DNA of 62,458 bases, the filler included, from Basidiobolus ranarum (taxonomy: Eukaryota), in the NCBI GenBank assembly GCA_040143965.1. It is 9 parts of 9 records of this genome, joined end to end, with 100 filler letters (N's around TTAATTAATTAA, not from the genome) between each part and the next. Parts side by side here need not be neighbours in the genome. Positions count along the whole stretch, not along the records: positions 6,972 to 13,836 come from JASJQH010001226.1; positions 13,937 to 20,796 come from JASJQH010001227.1; positions 20,897 to 27,751 come from JASJQH010001228.1; 6 more parts are not named here. One strand, given 5' to 3'. The position numbers and the translations under genes were made by a program. Within the stretch, counting starts at the first letter, position 1, and each line of letters starts with the position of its first letter. The notes under the pieces are model-generated. The model was not told where the DNA came from. It made no database searches and saw only the letters and a program-made list of their open reading frames with translations. Below, piece after piece: positions 12,421 to 24,899 of this stretch.

Positions 12421-13420
12421 GGGAAGTAGAATTCCAAGAATCAACAAACAACAAGAGATATTGTCACGAGTTTTATAATAGAGTAGTTGCTTATTCAAAA
12501 GAGATTATTAGTGGTGGCATATAATTCTAATAGAGTACAAAGATACGGAGCGGATCACGACAAGATATTAAGAAAAGATCGGTACGAAGCGCCTTTGGCT
12601 TGGGTTACAACAGTTCTTAAAATAATTCAGGCTCACGATCAATTTCAATTTATACACAATATGCATACCAATACTTGAGAATTCAGATAAACAAAGGGGC
12701 CTTTAAATGAATGTGACATGAATTCTGGAGTTCAGAGTAACCATATCTCATTGGCAACGAATTTAGACAAGACAATACCAACCAAAGACACGATCAACTT
12801 AATTATTGTACGACCGTAACTACTACCATCACTGCCACCATAACCCTAGAAATAATGACGACAATAGAAGCAACATTTGGGAAGAGAAACTAATCTGGCG
12901 GAATCACCACTTGGCAATATATCAGCCTCTCATCTGCCTTTCATCTTCACCAAATGTAACATCCGTTCAAACATGGCTAGGACATAGCTAGGGTATTGAA
13001 GAGTTGAGGCTAATTAAATGGATATGTTTAGGGTTAGACGCTTTGTAATTATCACCTTTCAATTGATTGCTTCTATAAGATGCTTGTTTCTGCTTGTTGA
13101 TCTGTTTGCTTACACATAATCTCACAGCAGTAGCATGACTGTAGTAACTCTCTCCTACTCCCACTCCCACTCTCACTCCCACAGCTAACAACATTCATCA
13201 TGTGTACGTGATGACACCATCAACTTGAAGTATTTGGACTAAATCGAGAATCAGTAACCTTGCTTAAACTTTGCTCATTTATTTAGGATTAACTGATTTA
13301 GTGTTTGTTGATTTGCTTTGAAGTGTTGGGGTACTAGTAACTGTTGCTTTTAGGGACTCAAATGAAATTCACATATTAAGGGGTTTGTAGTGTTTTGGTT
13401 TGGCTTAAACGAATATTTCA

Positions 13421-13836
13421 ATGAAGTTCAAACAAAGTACTCATTTGATATTGCTGTTTTTAAGTTTGCTCGTCATCTTGGGAACTTTGGTGTCTCAGAC
13501 CGAAGCTTGGGATGAACTTGATTACGAACTCTTCGATTTGGTAGATGCAGTCAAGAAGAGTGAGGGTAAACCAGATGCGAATTTCTACTCTTTATTAGGT
13601 GTTGAGCCTTCTGCCACCACCAACCAAATCGCCAAGGGCTTTAGAAAGAAGTCTAGATTAGTTCAGTAAGTCTCACCTTTACAATAATATTTTACTTTGC
13701 TTTCAGAATCTTACTGATCATCACTCATCATTAGTCCAGATAAGAATTCCGATCCCTCTTCTCAAGAACGTTATAGTCTACTTGGTAATATTGCATCAAG
13801 CCTTCGTAATGATACTGCCCGTGAAAGATACAATTT
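13421..13836 (+). CDS. ER-lumenal DnaJ/J-domain protein (Erj5-like), 5' part, cut by contig end
   Basis: Signal peptide, AWDELDYELFDL, NFYSLLGV...IAKGFRKKS. The HPD motif is formed across intron 13666-13734 (CA|T CCA GAT). Confidence 0.85.
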
Positions 13837-13936
13837 NNNNNNNNNNNNNNNNNNNNNNNNNNNNNNNNNNNNNNNNNNNNTTAATTAATTAANNNNNNNN
13901 NNNNNNNNNNNNNNNNNNNNNNNNNNNNNNNNNNNN
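13837..13936. other. Artificial contig linker
   Basis: N44-TTAATTAATTAA-N44. Confidence 0.98.
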
Positions 13937-14419
13937 GCCGCCGCCATCTTTAACCTCCCGGGTGCCCGAACTGCTTTCATGCGTCCACCGTACGGTCAAG
14001 CTGATGATAGAGTCAAAGCCGTTCTAAAATCAATGGGCTACCATAATTTGATGTGGAACATGGATACTTTGGATTGGGATATTGTCAACAAGAAGCAAGA
14101 TCCAATATTAATTCTCGACTCTTTCAAGAAAGCACTCACTCAAGGCACTGTCATCAATCCCAAGAAAGACCCCGGCTTTGTTTCTCTTCAACACGATTTA
14201 TACATAGATACGATTAAGAAGACCCCACAAATTGATGAATTGTTAAAACAAAACGGATTTACGTTAGTGTTGGCACATGAATGTGCAGGTCTAAAGTCAG
14301 GATATCAAGAGTTGGACAACGTCGACGCCCAAAATCACCCCGAGAATTCTGCCTCCAGCACCTCTACTCTGCCGGTACTAGGCCTTCTGTTACTTCCTTT
14401 ACTAGTCACAAATATTTAA
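13937..14419 (+). CDS. Chitin/polysaccharide deacetylase (CE4, NodB domain), 3' part, probably GPI-anchored
   Basis: CE4 motifs MRPPYG, MWNMDTLDW, SLQHD, ECAG. Ser-rich omega region then a hydrophobic C-terminus (LPVLGLLLLPLLV). Confidence 0.9.
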   Translation, partial: AAAIFNLPGARTAFMRPPYGQADDRVKAVLKSMGYHNLMWNMDTLDWDIVNKKQDPILILDSFKKALTQGTVINPKKDPGFVSLQHDLYIDTIKKTPQIDELLKQNGFTLVLAHECAGLKSGYQELDNVDAQNHPENSASSTSTLPVLGLLLLPLLVTNI

Positions 14420-15905
14420 TACATTATTATTTGATCATGCCACCAATAAATATGTATCCGTCATGGAACAGTATTCCACTAGAACGTATGGTGCACCTTC
14501 TCCGCTCCCACAGACCTTTAGTTCTCTATAAGGACACCATCTAACCTATTAATGCCAACTTGTAGTGGACTAGACACAACACTTTAGATAAGGGTTGTCT
14601 ACAGCTCGAAGATCCATTGTCTGTCTAAAACGATATACCCAATAATTTCCAGATAAAGGCAGCATTCTTGATCATATAATGAGCTAATTAGTTTCTAACT
14701 AAGGTTTGGATGTGCTGGCCATATACCTATTAGTAGACAACAGGATAATCATGAAGATTTCGATAGTGGTTTAGATTTCAAAACCTATCAACACCTTGTG
14801 AATTATGTTGCGTGTTGATGAAGGATACTACATCTGTGGAACACGATGGATCCTAATCAATCCAAGTGATTTATAGCCTGGACTAAAGCAAAGGAAAGTA
14901 TTTACAATTTAGGCTTCAAGGCGACTAAAGTAGCCAAGCAAATCATATTGCCATGAATGCACACAATATAACCAAATGAAGTCTTCAGAAATTCCGATGT
15001 ATGTGTAACTGAATGTAGCTAAATACTAGGAGTTGGCCACACGATAAGCAGTTACTTTTACTGCTTGGCTACTAACATTTGGAATGCATCCTGATGAGGC
15101 AAGTTTGATATAAGACCAAACCCCACCCCATGGAAAGGGTTTTTTAGGACAAGAAGACTCTATAACCATCAATATTTGAATCTTTAGAAAGTTTCTCCCT
15201 TCAAACACTTGGGGATACTGCCTCATCACTTGTAGCTATGTTCTATGTAAGCCGCCTAGTTCAACGTCTTCAGAAAGTCGAGTTTCCAAATGATACTTTT
15301 CATATATTCTGTCAAGGAAAATACCAAACCGCTCTTAAAATGTTGCGTTTCGAACTAACCAATCGACGGCGGAATCCTAGTACTGAATCCGAATGAAATA
15401 TTCCAGAACTTACACACTAGCTGGTAATAATCATACAGCCATCACCAATGAATTTTGTGCTGCGGGTACATAAATGATAGTACTTAATTTCTGGCATATC
15501 TTAGCTTCGCTTAGAGAAAAAGGGACCCGTCCTGACAGATTTATGCCCCAAAAACCAGGTAAAAGAAAAGGAAAGCCAAGAACCAAACACTTTTCCTCCT
15601 CATTTAACGCTGTAGGACACCCATAGTATAGGAAAGATTGTATCGTTTAGAAATCATCAACATGTCTACAAAAAGAACCAAGACGTCTAGTTTTATAGGT
15701 CACATGACTATAAATGATAGAGCTATCTAGAACATATTTCAGCATGTAAATAGCGAAGTGACGCAATCCAGCTGGAATCACACATGAGAATAATTTTCAA
15801 TTTTAGTTGATTCGGGATCCTAGAATTTTTTATTTCTGGAAGGAAATTGCTTTAAGCACAAGTTTGATTCAAGACCTCTCATACTAAAAACTTGAAATAT
15901 TCCCA

Positions 15906-16209
15906 ATGACTTCTGGAACTAAAGTAGCTGATATTATTCACAGAACCGCCGTGTTATGTTTGGCTGGTTTCACTGGTAAGACAGACGCACATAACATTCT
16001 TTCGTATAAATTCTTTGCTCATTATGTTCCTTTTAGTTTATGGAATCATTGGTAATGGTGTCATGTTGAACAGAAACATTGAACGTAAGCGTGAGAGAAC
16101 TGCTAACGCTAATGTAAGTTTGGAGTTTTCAGTAGTATTTTATTGCATTTACCTTGCTGAGTATTTTCTTTATCATTGTTAGGCACAAAATCCTAGCGGC
16201 CCCAACTAA
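15906..16209 (+). CDS. COX14: Cytochrome c oxidase assembly factor Cox14, 57 aa, three exons (15906-15975, 16037-16113, 16183-16209)
   Basis: Spliced product MTSGTKVADIIHRTAVLCLAGFTVYGIIGNGVMLNRNIERKRERTANANAQNPSGPN. D-x2-HR-x2-VL-x-L-x-G-x-T-x-Y plus a single TM helix resembles yeast/human Cox14. Both introns are GTAAG...TAG. Confidence 0.8.
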
Positions 16210-17512
16210 ACTACCTGAATCGAGCGTTGTTTAAATAGGAGACACTGCTACATTCTAAATAACACCAAAATCTACATTCTCATCTTACCAAATCCAACTA
16301 TATCCAAGCATGGTTCTTGTCAGCTTGCTATGGTTGAGCTTTTTACTGTTCACTCCTAAATCGTTATTAAACGCAGCATCTTAAATGATATTAATACTTA
16401 GTTCGCTTTTCGCTGATCTTATCAGTCATATTTGCAGCATGCATAGAAGGGATAATCTATATTAACTACTTGGCCAAAAACGAAATAGCAACAAGTACAA
16501 GCTATTAGTAATAATGAGTGGTAATCGAATGACTTCATTTGATATATCTTTCATGACAAGTTTTCCTATTCGCACGCTGTTTACTTTCACCAAGCTACAG
16601 CGTGAAAATAGACGATGAGGGGGTCTCTCGAGATTTTTTTTCATGACACTTAATTTTATGCAAGTGATGGAAGTAGCTGTAATTGAAACGCGAAGCTCTG
16701 CCAGTTCCCTGGCAAGTTTGAGCAATGCTAGAATGGCAGATGTAACTCTTGTGTCAAATTGATTGAGTATCTATAGATTCTGCCGAAGTAGAATTTTCAC
16801 AGCGTTTGTTTAAATAGAATTTTTAATCAAGCTTAATGTTAAAGTATCGTTATTGTTAGCGTGCTCCTTAATATGTGGTTTAAACACTCTTCAATAATAC
16901 ACAATAGTAAACCCACTTCTATGCATTGTTTATTCCACTCGGTGTAATTCCTGTAGAGTCTCAACGTGTGAAAAACCAACAAGTTCTTTAGCAAGTCATA
17001 TCTAAAGTAAAATTTCCATGACATGATTTGATCTTGTGAGACTTAACTCCTTTGAGGTGTGTATTGCATTACTCGAAACTTCAAAGGTAATAATCGCACA
17101 CCCTGTAAGTCACGTGATAACTCTTTGCCTCATAGGGTTCTTTGGTCCGACTATGATTCATAGGCCGGACTCACTACATGTATTTAAGTAGTGGATCCCA
17201 TGAGTCTATCTGGTCTCAGTAGGAAGTCTAGTCCTCCATCATCCATTAAGAATGTTCACAGAATTCGAATTCAATATTGGTAGGATACAGCGTGGGAATT
17301 TATAAAGAATCGACTGTGGGATTCTGGTCAAATGACAAGATATTTGAGAACTGAATTTATTGATAGAAATTTGATAGCATTTTGATTATCAAGAAGTGTC
17401 TTACATCTTAACGTTAGCACAAATTTACCTCTGCTTCTCTAACCCTTCTTTAGGCACTACTCCATACTGAAGGTTGAATATTTAAAATTATCCGCGCTCT
17501 CTTATTTATGAA

Positions 17513-19494
17513 ATGCAGGCTATTTTAAGAAACACTCGCTCGACCCTCTTCCCCAGAGCACTTACAAGGTATGGTTTTCACTGTTCGTGAGTATCTTTGG
17601 TATACTATTTAAGAAAGGATTTTCAGTCTTCACAAGGGTCCACTGTACTCTTTACAGAGCCGTTTTTTTGCGAAGGTATGGAACTCTAAGAACAATTTCT
17701 TACACTTCTCCAACTAAATTACAAATGAACAAACTCAGGTAGCTAAGGGTCCTAACTCTGTCCAAGCCGATAACAAGAAGCTTCAAATAGAGTGGGCCGA
17801 TGGCCAGACTAGTAGCTTGTACTTATATTATGATTTTCTCGAAGCTGTATTTACCCATACTAACCGGAAACCTTTTTCTCCGATAGCCACCACTACTGGC
17901 TGCGTGACCATTGCCGTTGTTCTAGTTGCTTTCACGCGATTACTAAGCAACGTCTAGTCGATACATATTTGGTGGGTAAAGTTCCTTTCGACGGCTGATG
18001 AAAGCATACTAATTATCGGCACTAGATTCCTCCAGAAATCGTTGCAAAAGATGTAAATTTGGTAGCTGACAAGGTCCAGGTTCAATGTAAGTGTATACTT
18101 TATACGCGTAAAACGACAATATAAGGGTTAGTAACCATTTTCTTCCCCCTGCATCCTCTTGATAGGGTCGCATCAGGATCATACCAGTGAGTACAGCCTT
18201 GAGTGGCTTAGAGATCATTCATACGATCCCAAACTCAAAGTTGAAACTACTTCCAGAAAGTGATACTTTTCACTAGCTTGTCATTTTTTAAACTATTTAG
18301 TAACACTTCTATGATTATTCTTATTAGGAAGGTTGTTTGGGACCGTAGCATTGCCTCCAATCCACCTATCGTTCAGTATGATGATGTAAATTTAGCCTGG
18401 TATCTTACCTCGAGTACAAGCCCCACTAACAATGCTTGCTTTGTTTTAAGATAATGAGTTCAGAAGATAGCCTTCGACAATGGCTTAACAATATCGTAAG
18501 TCAAACGTATAATACTCGTACTTATCCACTGTTGTTAACATAGAGTGAACCAACCAGGATATCTATGGGTTCTCGTTTGTCGACAACGTACCCAAAAGTA
18601 AAGAGGTAACACGCTCGCATGTATGGCTCCATCCTGAATAACTTATTGAACATTCCTTTTCAAACTCTGCATGATTGTTGTTGAATAGCGCACCGAAGAG
18701 TTAGCTCGAAAGATATGTTTCGTTCGTGAGACCCACTACGGTAAATTTCTTTTCCAACTGGCTTGATATCACTGTAAACCGAGAGATACTCAATTCTTCC
18801 GTCATTATTAGGAGGCTTCTGGGATTTCACTGCTGACCTTGCTCATGGAGACACTGCGTATACTACCTTACCGTTGAATAGCCACACTGATAACACTTAC
18901 TTTACGGATCCCTCAGGGTGATCATTTTATTACCATTTCTTGTTGATTGACATCTATATCTGACATAAATTCTGTACTAGTCTTCAGATGTTCCATCTTC
19001 TTGAGTTCGATGGTAAAGGAGGTGAATCTGTGTTTGTTGATGGGCTTAATGTGGCTCAAAAGCTTCGCGAGAGCCACCCGGATTCCTATGAATTTCTTTC
19101 CAACACACGAATCGTAACACACAGTGCTGGAGATGAGCACGTATTCATCAATCCGACACCACGAGGATATCCCATCTTGAATCACGACCCGATGACCGGA
19201 GAGCTTTATCAGATTCGGTTCAACAACGATGATCGATCCACCCTGGACTACTTGGCAGGGGAGGATGTTGAGCGATTCTACAAGGCACTAAGAAATTGGA
19301 ACGACATACTCAGACAACCACAAAGCGAATATCAGATTCAACTTGAGCCTGGCAGAGTGGTGGTATTTAACAACTGGCGAGTGCTTCACGGCAGAACAGC
19401 ATTTGTTGGTCATAGAAGACTCATCGGGTGCTATCTCAATTGGGATGACTACAACAGCAAATTGAAAGTGTTGAATAACGAAAAGAACGTCTAA
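17513..19494 (+). CDS. Trimethyllysine dioxygenase (carnitine biosynthesis, Fe/2OG dioxygenase), multi-intron
   Basis: Mitochondrial-type N-terminus MQAILRNTRS, HYWLRDHCRC..C (N-terminal Zn domain), RETHYG|GFWDFTAD, GDTAYT, HTDNTYFTDPSG|LQMFH, VDG, QIRFNNDDR, NNWRVLHGRTAF. HTDxTYF favours TMLD over BBOX. Confidence 0.9.
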
Positions 19495-20450
19495 ATGGCC
19501 ATATCGAGAGTAGTGTATCTTCTATTAGCCAAAGTGCCTTAATAAACCTGATCCCTCTCCAAACGAGGACATTCCAATATAACCAAATTGAATCAATACT
19601 TTACTAGTGGGCCATTTAATTCCCGGAATGCGATCTTCCATCCACAGTTGTCGATCCATGACCAATGCATGGATGCTGGTGGGAGGAGTAGGCTCAGGTG
19701 ATGGAAACGCTCGGATAATTGGGCTTGTTTCCATTCATCCTGACACCCACATTTGTCGCAAGCATCTGACCCGGCTGTCATCGAAAATGAGATAATTGTC
19801 AGAAACAAATTGAAATAATCGAGCAACACGCATCCTTTGTGCCTCGTTTCAACCACGATTGTTTCTCGGTCCTTGGATAGTCCGATAGATTAGTACCTTA
19901 TTATATGAGATCAGCCAAACACAACCATGTACGCAGACAATACCAGCTGGTTGAGCTTGACAGCTTTTCATTTGACGAAATCAAGAAAGACGGAGTATTT
20001 CCATTTATCTATACACGTGTTCATTAACGATGAAGCCAATTCAGCTGAAGATCCTACGATTTAGGCTCACCAACAAATTTCTTTCAAACAACCACTTAAT
20101 TACACTTTGTTAAATCAATAAATCTCCTAAATTACCCGGTTCTAGAAATTCCTACTTCGAGTTTAAGACTCTGGTAAAAGCTACTCGTATTTCTGGATAA
20201 AATTGCTTAACGAGTCTCAACTTTGAACGTCGAACGAATAGTGCTTACTCTAACGAAGGCAGGAAATAATAACCATTTCCACATCTTCTCTACTTCTTAA
20301 ATCCCCTATTTTAGCCACTAAAGCGTTCCTTTTCTTACGTAACAAAGCCTTGAATCTCTCTAGGCACAAGTATTTAACCTACAAGGCCAAAAAGTTTCCC
20401 TTTTTCCTTAATATTAACCAAAAACCCATCTCAATTACTGACTTATAAGA

Positions 20451-20796
20451 ATGCCTCTAAAAAACTCTTCTAATGTCTCGATTGATCATCCACTTGACTT
20501 TGGTACTAAATCTATCACTGATACATATACCAAAGTCGAAAAAGAGTCCGTAGATAGCACGCATAGCCATTTTACTCCTCCATCACCAACCAACTTAGTA
20601 ACTCTAGCCCCAGCTACACCAAACAATTTTTACAAAGTTGAAACTGAAAGTACATCCGACAAAGAGGTGGAGATCGAGTCACTCGAAACGAGCAATTCCA
20701 ATCTTAGTTTGCTGAACTTGGTGGAGAAAGCACAAAAATTCACTGTCACTACGAATAACTTGCCCATCTCAAAAGCTTTCCTTGAGACCCCTCAAT
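20451..20796 (+). CDS. Hypothetical Ser/Thr/Glu-rich N-terminus cut by contig end
   Basis: 115 open codons from an ATG running into the linker; no recognisable domain. Confidence 0.3.
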
Positions 20797-20896
20797 NNNN
20801 NNNNNNNNNNNNNNNNNNNNNNNNNNNNNNNNNNNNNNNNTTAATTAATTAANNNNNNNNNNNNNNNNNNNNNNNNNNNNNNNNNNNNNNNNNNNN
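20797..20896. other. Artificial contig linker
   Basis: N44-TTAATTAATTAA-N44. Confidence 0.98.
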
Positions 20897-21681
20897 TATA
20901 GCAGTTAAGTGGATTTTCAGATATTTGAATGGTACTGTGGATCTATGCTTAAAATACACAAATTCTGGACTAAACTTTGATCTGATGGGATATTCAGACG
21001 CAAATTGGGGAAGAGATATTGAAGACAGGAGATCTACAACAGGATACTTATTTCTTTGCTGTAATGGAACTATTTCTTGGAATTCAAAGAAACAACCTAC
21101 CATAGCACTTTCAACAACAGAAGCTGAATACATGGCTGCCTCTGAAGCAACAAAAGAAGCAATATGGTTAAGAAAACACTTAACAGATTTTGGTTATTCT
21201 CACAATTCACCATCTACAATATTTTAAGATATTCAAAGTTGTATCAAATTAGCTAAAAATCCCACATTTCACAATAGAAGCAAACATATAGATATTAAGC
21301 ATCACTTCATTAGAGAGACTATAGAGAATAAGTTCATTGACTTAACTTATTGTCCTACAAAAGACATGATTGCTGATATATCAACCAAACCATCAGCTAG
21401 ACAGAAATTTGAGAAATATAGACCGTTATTAGGATTAATTTATACGACTATTTAGTTGTGGGAGCATGTTGAAATTTGCATTGCCTAAACATGTATATTG
21501 TCATGTATAACTTAGTACTTAGTTATCTTATAATACACAAAGATATTAACAATTATTCTTGATTGGAATTTATTTAGAATATTGACACCAACTTAGAAGT
21601 TCTCAGATATATAGATTTTTCAAACTTGTGCTTGCAGCCCCAAACTATGCACACATGTTCCTGGGACCTTCTGTAACACAT
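20897..21681 (+). mobile_element. Ty1/copia 3' end: degenerate RNase H, polypurine tract and truncated 3' LTR (from 21467)
   Basis: GYSDANWG..EDRRSTTGY, ISWNSKKQPTIALSTTEAEYMA, SKHIDIKHHFIRE, CPTKDMIAD, with an in-frame stop at 21225-21227. GTGGGAGCA precedes TGTTGAAATT. Confidence 0.95.
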
Positions 21682-21801
21682 TTGAGACTGGATATTTGGC
21701 ATATAGAATCAGTTGTAGTCAAGTTACTGTAGCTCCAAGTTACAAATGATTGTTATTAACCAATAGTTTTCTCCACTGAGCCAATGTTTTCCATAAGAAG
21801 T

Positions 21802-21873
21802 TACCTACTGCCAGGATTGAACTGGCAACCTTCAGTTTACAAGACTGATGCACTACCACTGCGCAAAGTAGGC
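21802..21873 (-). tRNA. tRNA-Thr(TGT), possibly a pseudogene
   Basis: GCCTACT TT GCGC AGTGGTA GTGC A TCAGT CTTGTAA ACTGA AGGTT GCCAG TTCAATC CTGGC AGTAGGT A folds as a complete 72-nt cloverleaf with anticodon TGT. Position 9 is T rather than a purine and there is no clean oligo-T terminator. Confidence 0.8.
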
Positions 21874-22449
21874 TTTACCAATATGTAAATAAATGGGATT
21901 GTTCAACAAAATGCAATGGCATATTTAGACACTAAACAGTGTTCCAATTGCCTTCATATTTTATACCTACATATTTCCAAACTAAGCCTCAATCTGCATC
22001 AGGTTTCACAATTGCTACATTAATAATAATAAATAATAGTCAAATATTCAAAAATTTATATCTTAAAAACTAAATGGTCAAGCAATAACAAGTTCCAAGA
22101 GGTTAATTTCTTATTATTATTCTGTTCTAGGTATAAAGTGTACAACAAATAATACTTGGAAACAGAAGTTATCAGACATTGTAAATGGGTCATTATTCTG
22201 ATAGATAAATTCCAAATTTGTAGCTCTTTGAGATTCAGCAGGAATGATTAAGAATAAGCAGCACAAACAAAATAAAGTCAATTAGGAACTCAAATCAATA
22301 AAAAGCAGCCGGAATTGAACAATTCAGGAGCCTATCTGTTACAGGGAGACTTTTTTGTTATCATTTATCATTGATTCTTAGGACAAGTAGAGATTGGAGA
22401 AGTCCATTCAATGGATACAGCAGCAACTTTTTATCTTAGTGAGTATTGT

Positions 22450-22549
22450 ACTAGTGCCATGCCTCTAAAAGTAACTTTCTGTTGTTAGGTTGCTTTTTAC
22501 TCTTCAGAGCAAGAACTATAATCAATACAAAGATGATGGTGAATTTCAT
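22450..22549 (-). pseudogene. Leader-only relic of the Kex2-repeat peptide precursor family
   Basis: ATG AAA TTC ACC ATC ATC TTT GTA (MKFTIIFVLIIVLAL). Its upstream ~200 bp resembles that of the copy starting at 23532. Confidence 0.5.
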
Positions 22550-22829
22550 GGCCATATTGGAAAGACACTTGAGGTTGATGACACAATGGAGCAGTTTGAG
22601 AGACCATTGTTCTATTGTCTAGCTACTTGCATAGTTTGGTGGACCATATCATAGTTAAATATATATCAATGGAGAATTTGCATTACTAGGTTACAATATT
22701 TCAGAATATTATGCAATACAAACTATGATCATTCTGGTGAATATCATAAGAAATATTTCTCACAGTATGTATTCTTCACTCAGTATTTGGAGATTTGACT
22801 AGACTCATTGGAAATGATTCTTCACTCAT

Positions 22830-22890
22830 GGCAGGGCCACAGAACCATCTGCTGCACACCTCATGAAAATCTCTTTTATCTTCTACCATA
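22830..22890 (-). pseudogene. Single core-peptide relic (DKR-DFHEVCSRWFCG)
   Basis: Direct translation of the minus strand; homologous to the cores at 23185-25254. Confidence 0.65.
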
Positions 22891-23184
22891 ACCATATATA
22901 TTATGTTCCTCAATTACTTACCTACTTTACTACAGTAAGAAATTTATTAAATTATTCAAATGAATACAAAAAAGAATTCCAAATTACTACAGTTTGGTTG
23001 ATGCTATGACTCCATATCAGTAAAGAATTGGTTGTACATTGTTAGTTGCATACAGGCCATATATATAGCATGAATCTTCAGATTACTGGTGATAGAGCTG
23101 CTCACTATAGGTTAAATTAAGTGAAACACTAGACTTTTGGTACTGAAGTCAATTACTGAGAGTATCTTCATTTATTATTGATGA

Positions 23185-23532
23185 TCAGAGGTGATCATGT
23201 AGAGATATGCTTTGTTTCTTGGTGTAACTCCGGAGCCATCTGCCACATATGTCATGTAGATCTTGCTTGTTACTGATGGTATATGGTTGTTCATGTACTG
23301 TTTGCTCTTCATCTTTTACAGGGGTTGTTTTCTCAGAGTCAGCAGTGGTTGTTTCTATTTGAACAGCTGTAGAGAATTTCTTACATTTAGTATGGCCACA
23401 GAACCATCTAACACACAGATCATGAAGGTCTCTTTTATGTCCTGCCACACCTTTGAAATCCTGATTGGCAGGTATGCATTGTACTGTCAGAGTAAGAGCA
23501 GTAGAAGCTACATAGATGGTGATGAATTTGAT
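23185..23532 (-). pseudogene. Secreted Kex2-processed repeat-peptide precursor, start codon lost (ATC in place of ATG)
   Basis: Open frame (I)KFITIYVASTALTLTVQC-IPANQDFKGVAGHKR-DLHDLCVRWFCGHT-KC...NKQ-DLHDICGRWLRSYT-KK. No in-frame ATG before the upstream stop at 23581-23583. Confidence 0.75.
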
Positions 23533-24364
23533 GACAATATATATAAAGATACTTGAGGCTGTTATTCTAACAGAGTTGATTTAAAATTATCATCTTGTCA
23601 CCTGGCTATTTATATTAGGCAAAATACATGGCATTGGTGGTTCCCAGAATATATCAATCAGATTAGATGATTTCCATTTCTGGTGAATATCTCAACAATG
23701 TCTAGAGCTACCCATAGAATACACTTCTGTCCATTAGTTGCCAAGGGAGTATTTCTTAGTACAGATAGGAAGGAATGGAGCAATTGCTGGTTATTGGATT
23801 CCTGGAATATTAGGTGATACTAAACATTATCTCAAATATAGTATGAGGACAAAAAAACAGTTAACTCCACAGTTTCTAGATCAATCTATCTATATATATA
23901 GGTGATGCAAATTAGTATATCAAATTACATGAGTAAGAAATTGTTACACTTTGTGAATCAATCTACCCAGTCAAATATCCAATCACTATACACATTACCC
24001 TTACATTTCAGTTCAGAGATATCTGTGCCAGTTTGTTAGCCACACTTTCAAGCCTTAATTGACAATATTATTAGGTTCAAAAATTTAATACAACATATTG
24101 CTCACAACAGAGTGAGAGATAATTGATTTTGGAGGTATTGTTTGACAAATGATTACTAGGGTAAGCACAGATTTACTACAACCAAAATGAATAGTTGAAT
24201 AATGGGTGTAAATCCATTGACTGTGGATGCGTGAATCAATACTTGATACATCAGGGAAGTAATTGGCAGACAATCAACCATCAACAGATGCTATGCAAAA
24301 CTCAGTTTCCAAGGTTGCTGACCTTTCTAATGCAGATATGATATTGTTACAAAGAATTACACCT

Positions 24365-24705
24365 CATTTCCTGGTATACCAGTAGAACCATCTGCCACAC
24401 AGGTAGTGTAGATCTTGTTTATTGCTGGTGGTAGATGCTTTTTCTCTTATTGTTTACTCTTTAATTCAAGTAGAAGTAAGTTGCTTAGAGCCAGTAATTG
24501 TAGATTTGTCTATGCCCACTTTAAAGGCATTCTTGTGTTTAGTACAAACACAGAACCATCCACCTGCTGCACAAATCATGTAAATCCCTCTTGACTCCAG
24601 CTAATACTTTGGCATCTTGACCCAAAGGTAGGCTTTGAGCAGTAATAGTAAGAACAGTAAAGATGGTGGTTCCAAGTTGGATATAAAGACAATAAGTTTA
24701 TTATT
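24365..24705 (-). pseudogene. Kex2-repeat peptide precursor pseudogene
   Basis: ...FTVLTITAQS-LPLGQDAKVLAGVKR-DLHDLCSRW[4-nt insertion]FCVCT-KH...NKQ-DLHYLCGRWFYWYT-RK*, with two internal stops. Confidence 0.75.
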
Positions 24706-24899
24706 ACATCAGTATAGTAGACTAAAAGGTTAGAGACACCCAACATTGTATCAGTGAAGTGTTGGTAATTCAGTGTTAAATATATATTGAGTGTGAACAT
24801 AATGTTAATCCTCAGAGATACTCATTATACTTCCCAGTTGAAAGTTGTACTCCATGTAAACCTTGCTGTACCAATTATGTACTGAGAGAAATTGCTTTT

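Noticed and set aside
17108-17118. GTCACGTGA(T/C) E-box palindromes here and at ~47101
   Set aside because: Short motifs expected by chance in 62 kb; no supporting conservation.
19525-19970. Overlapping minus-strand ORFs downstream of the TMLD gene
   Set aside because: No recognisable motif, and the possible splice model gives only a short unconvincing peptide.
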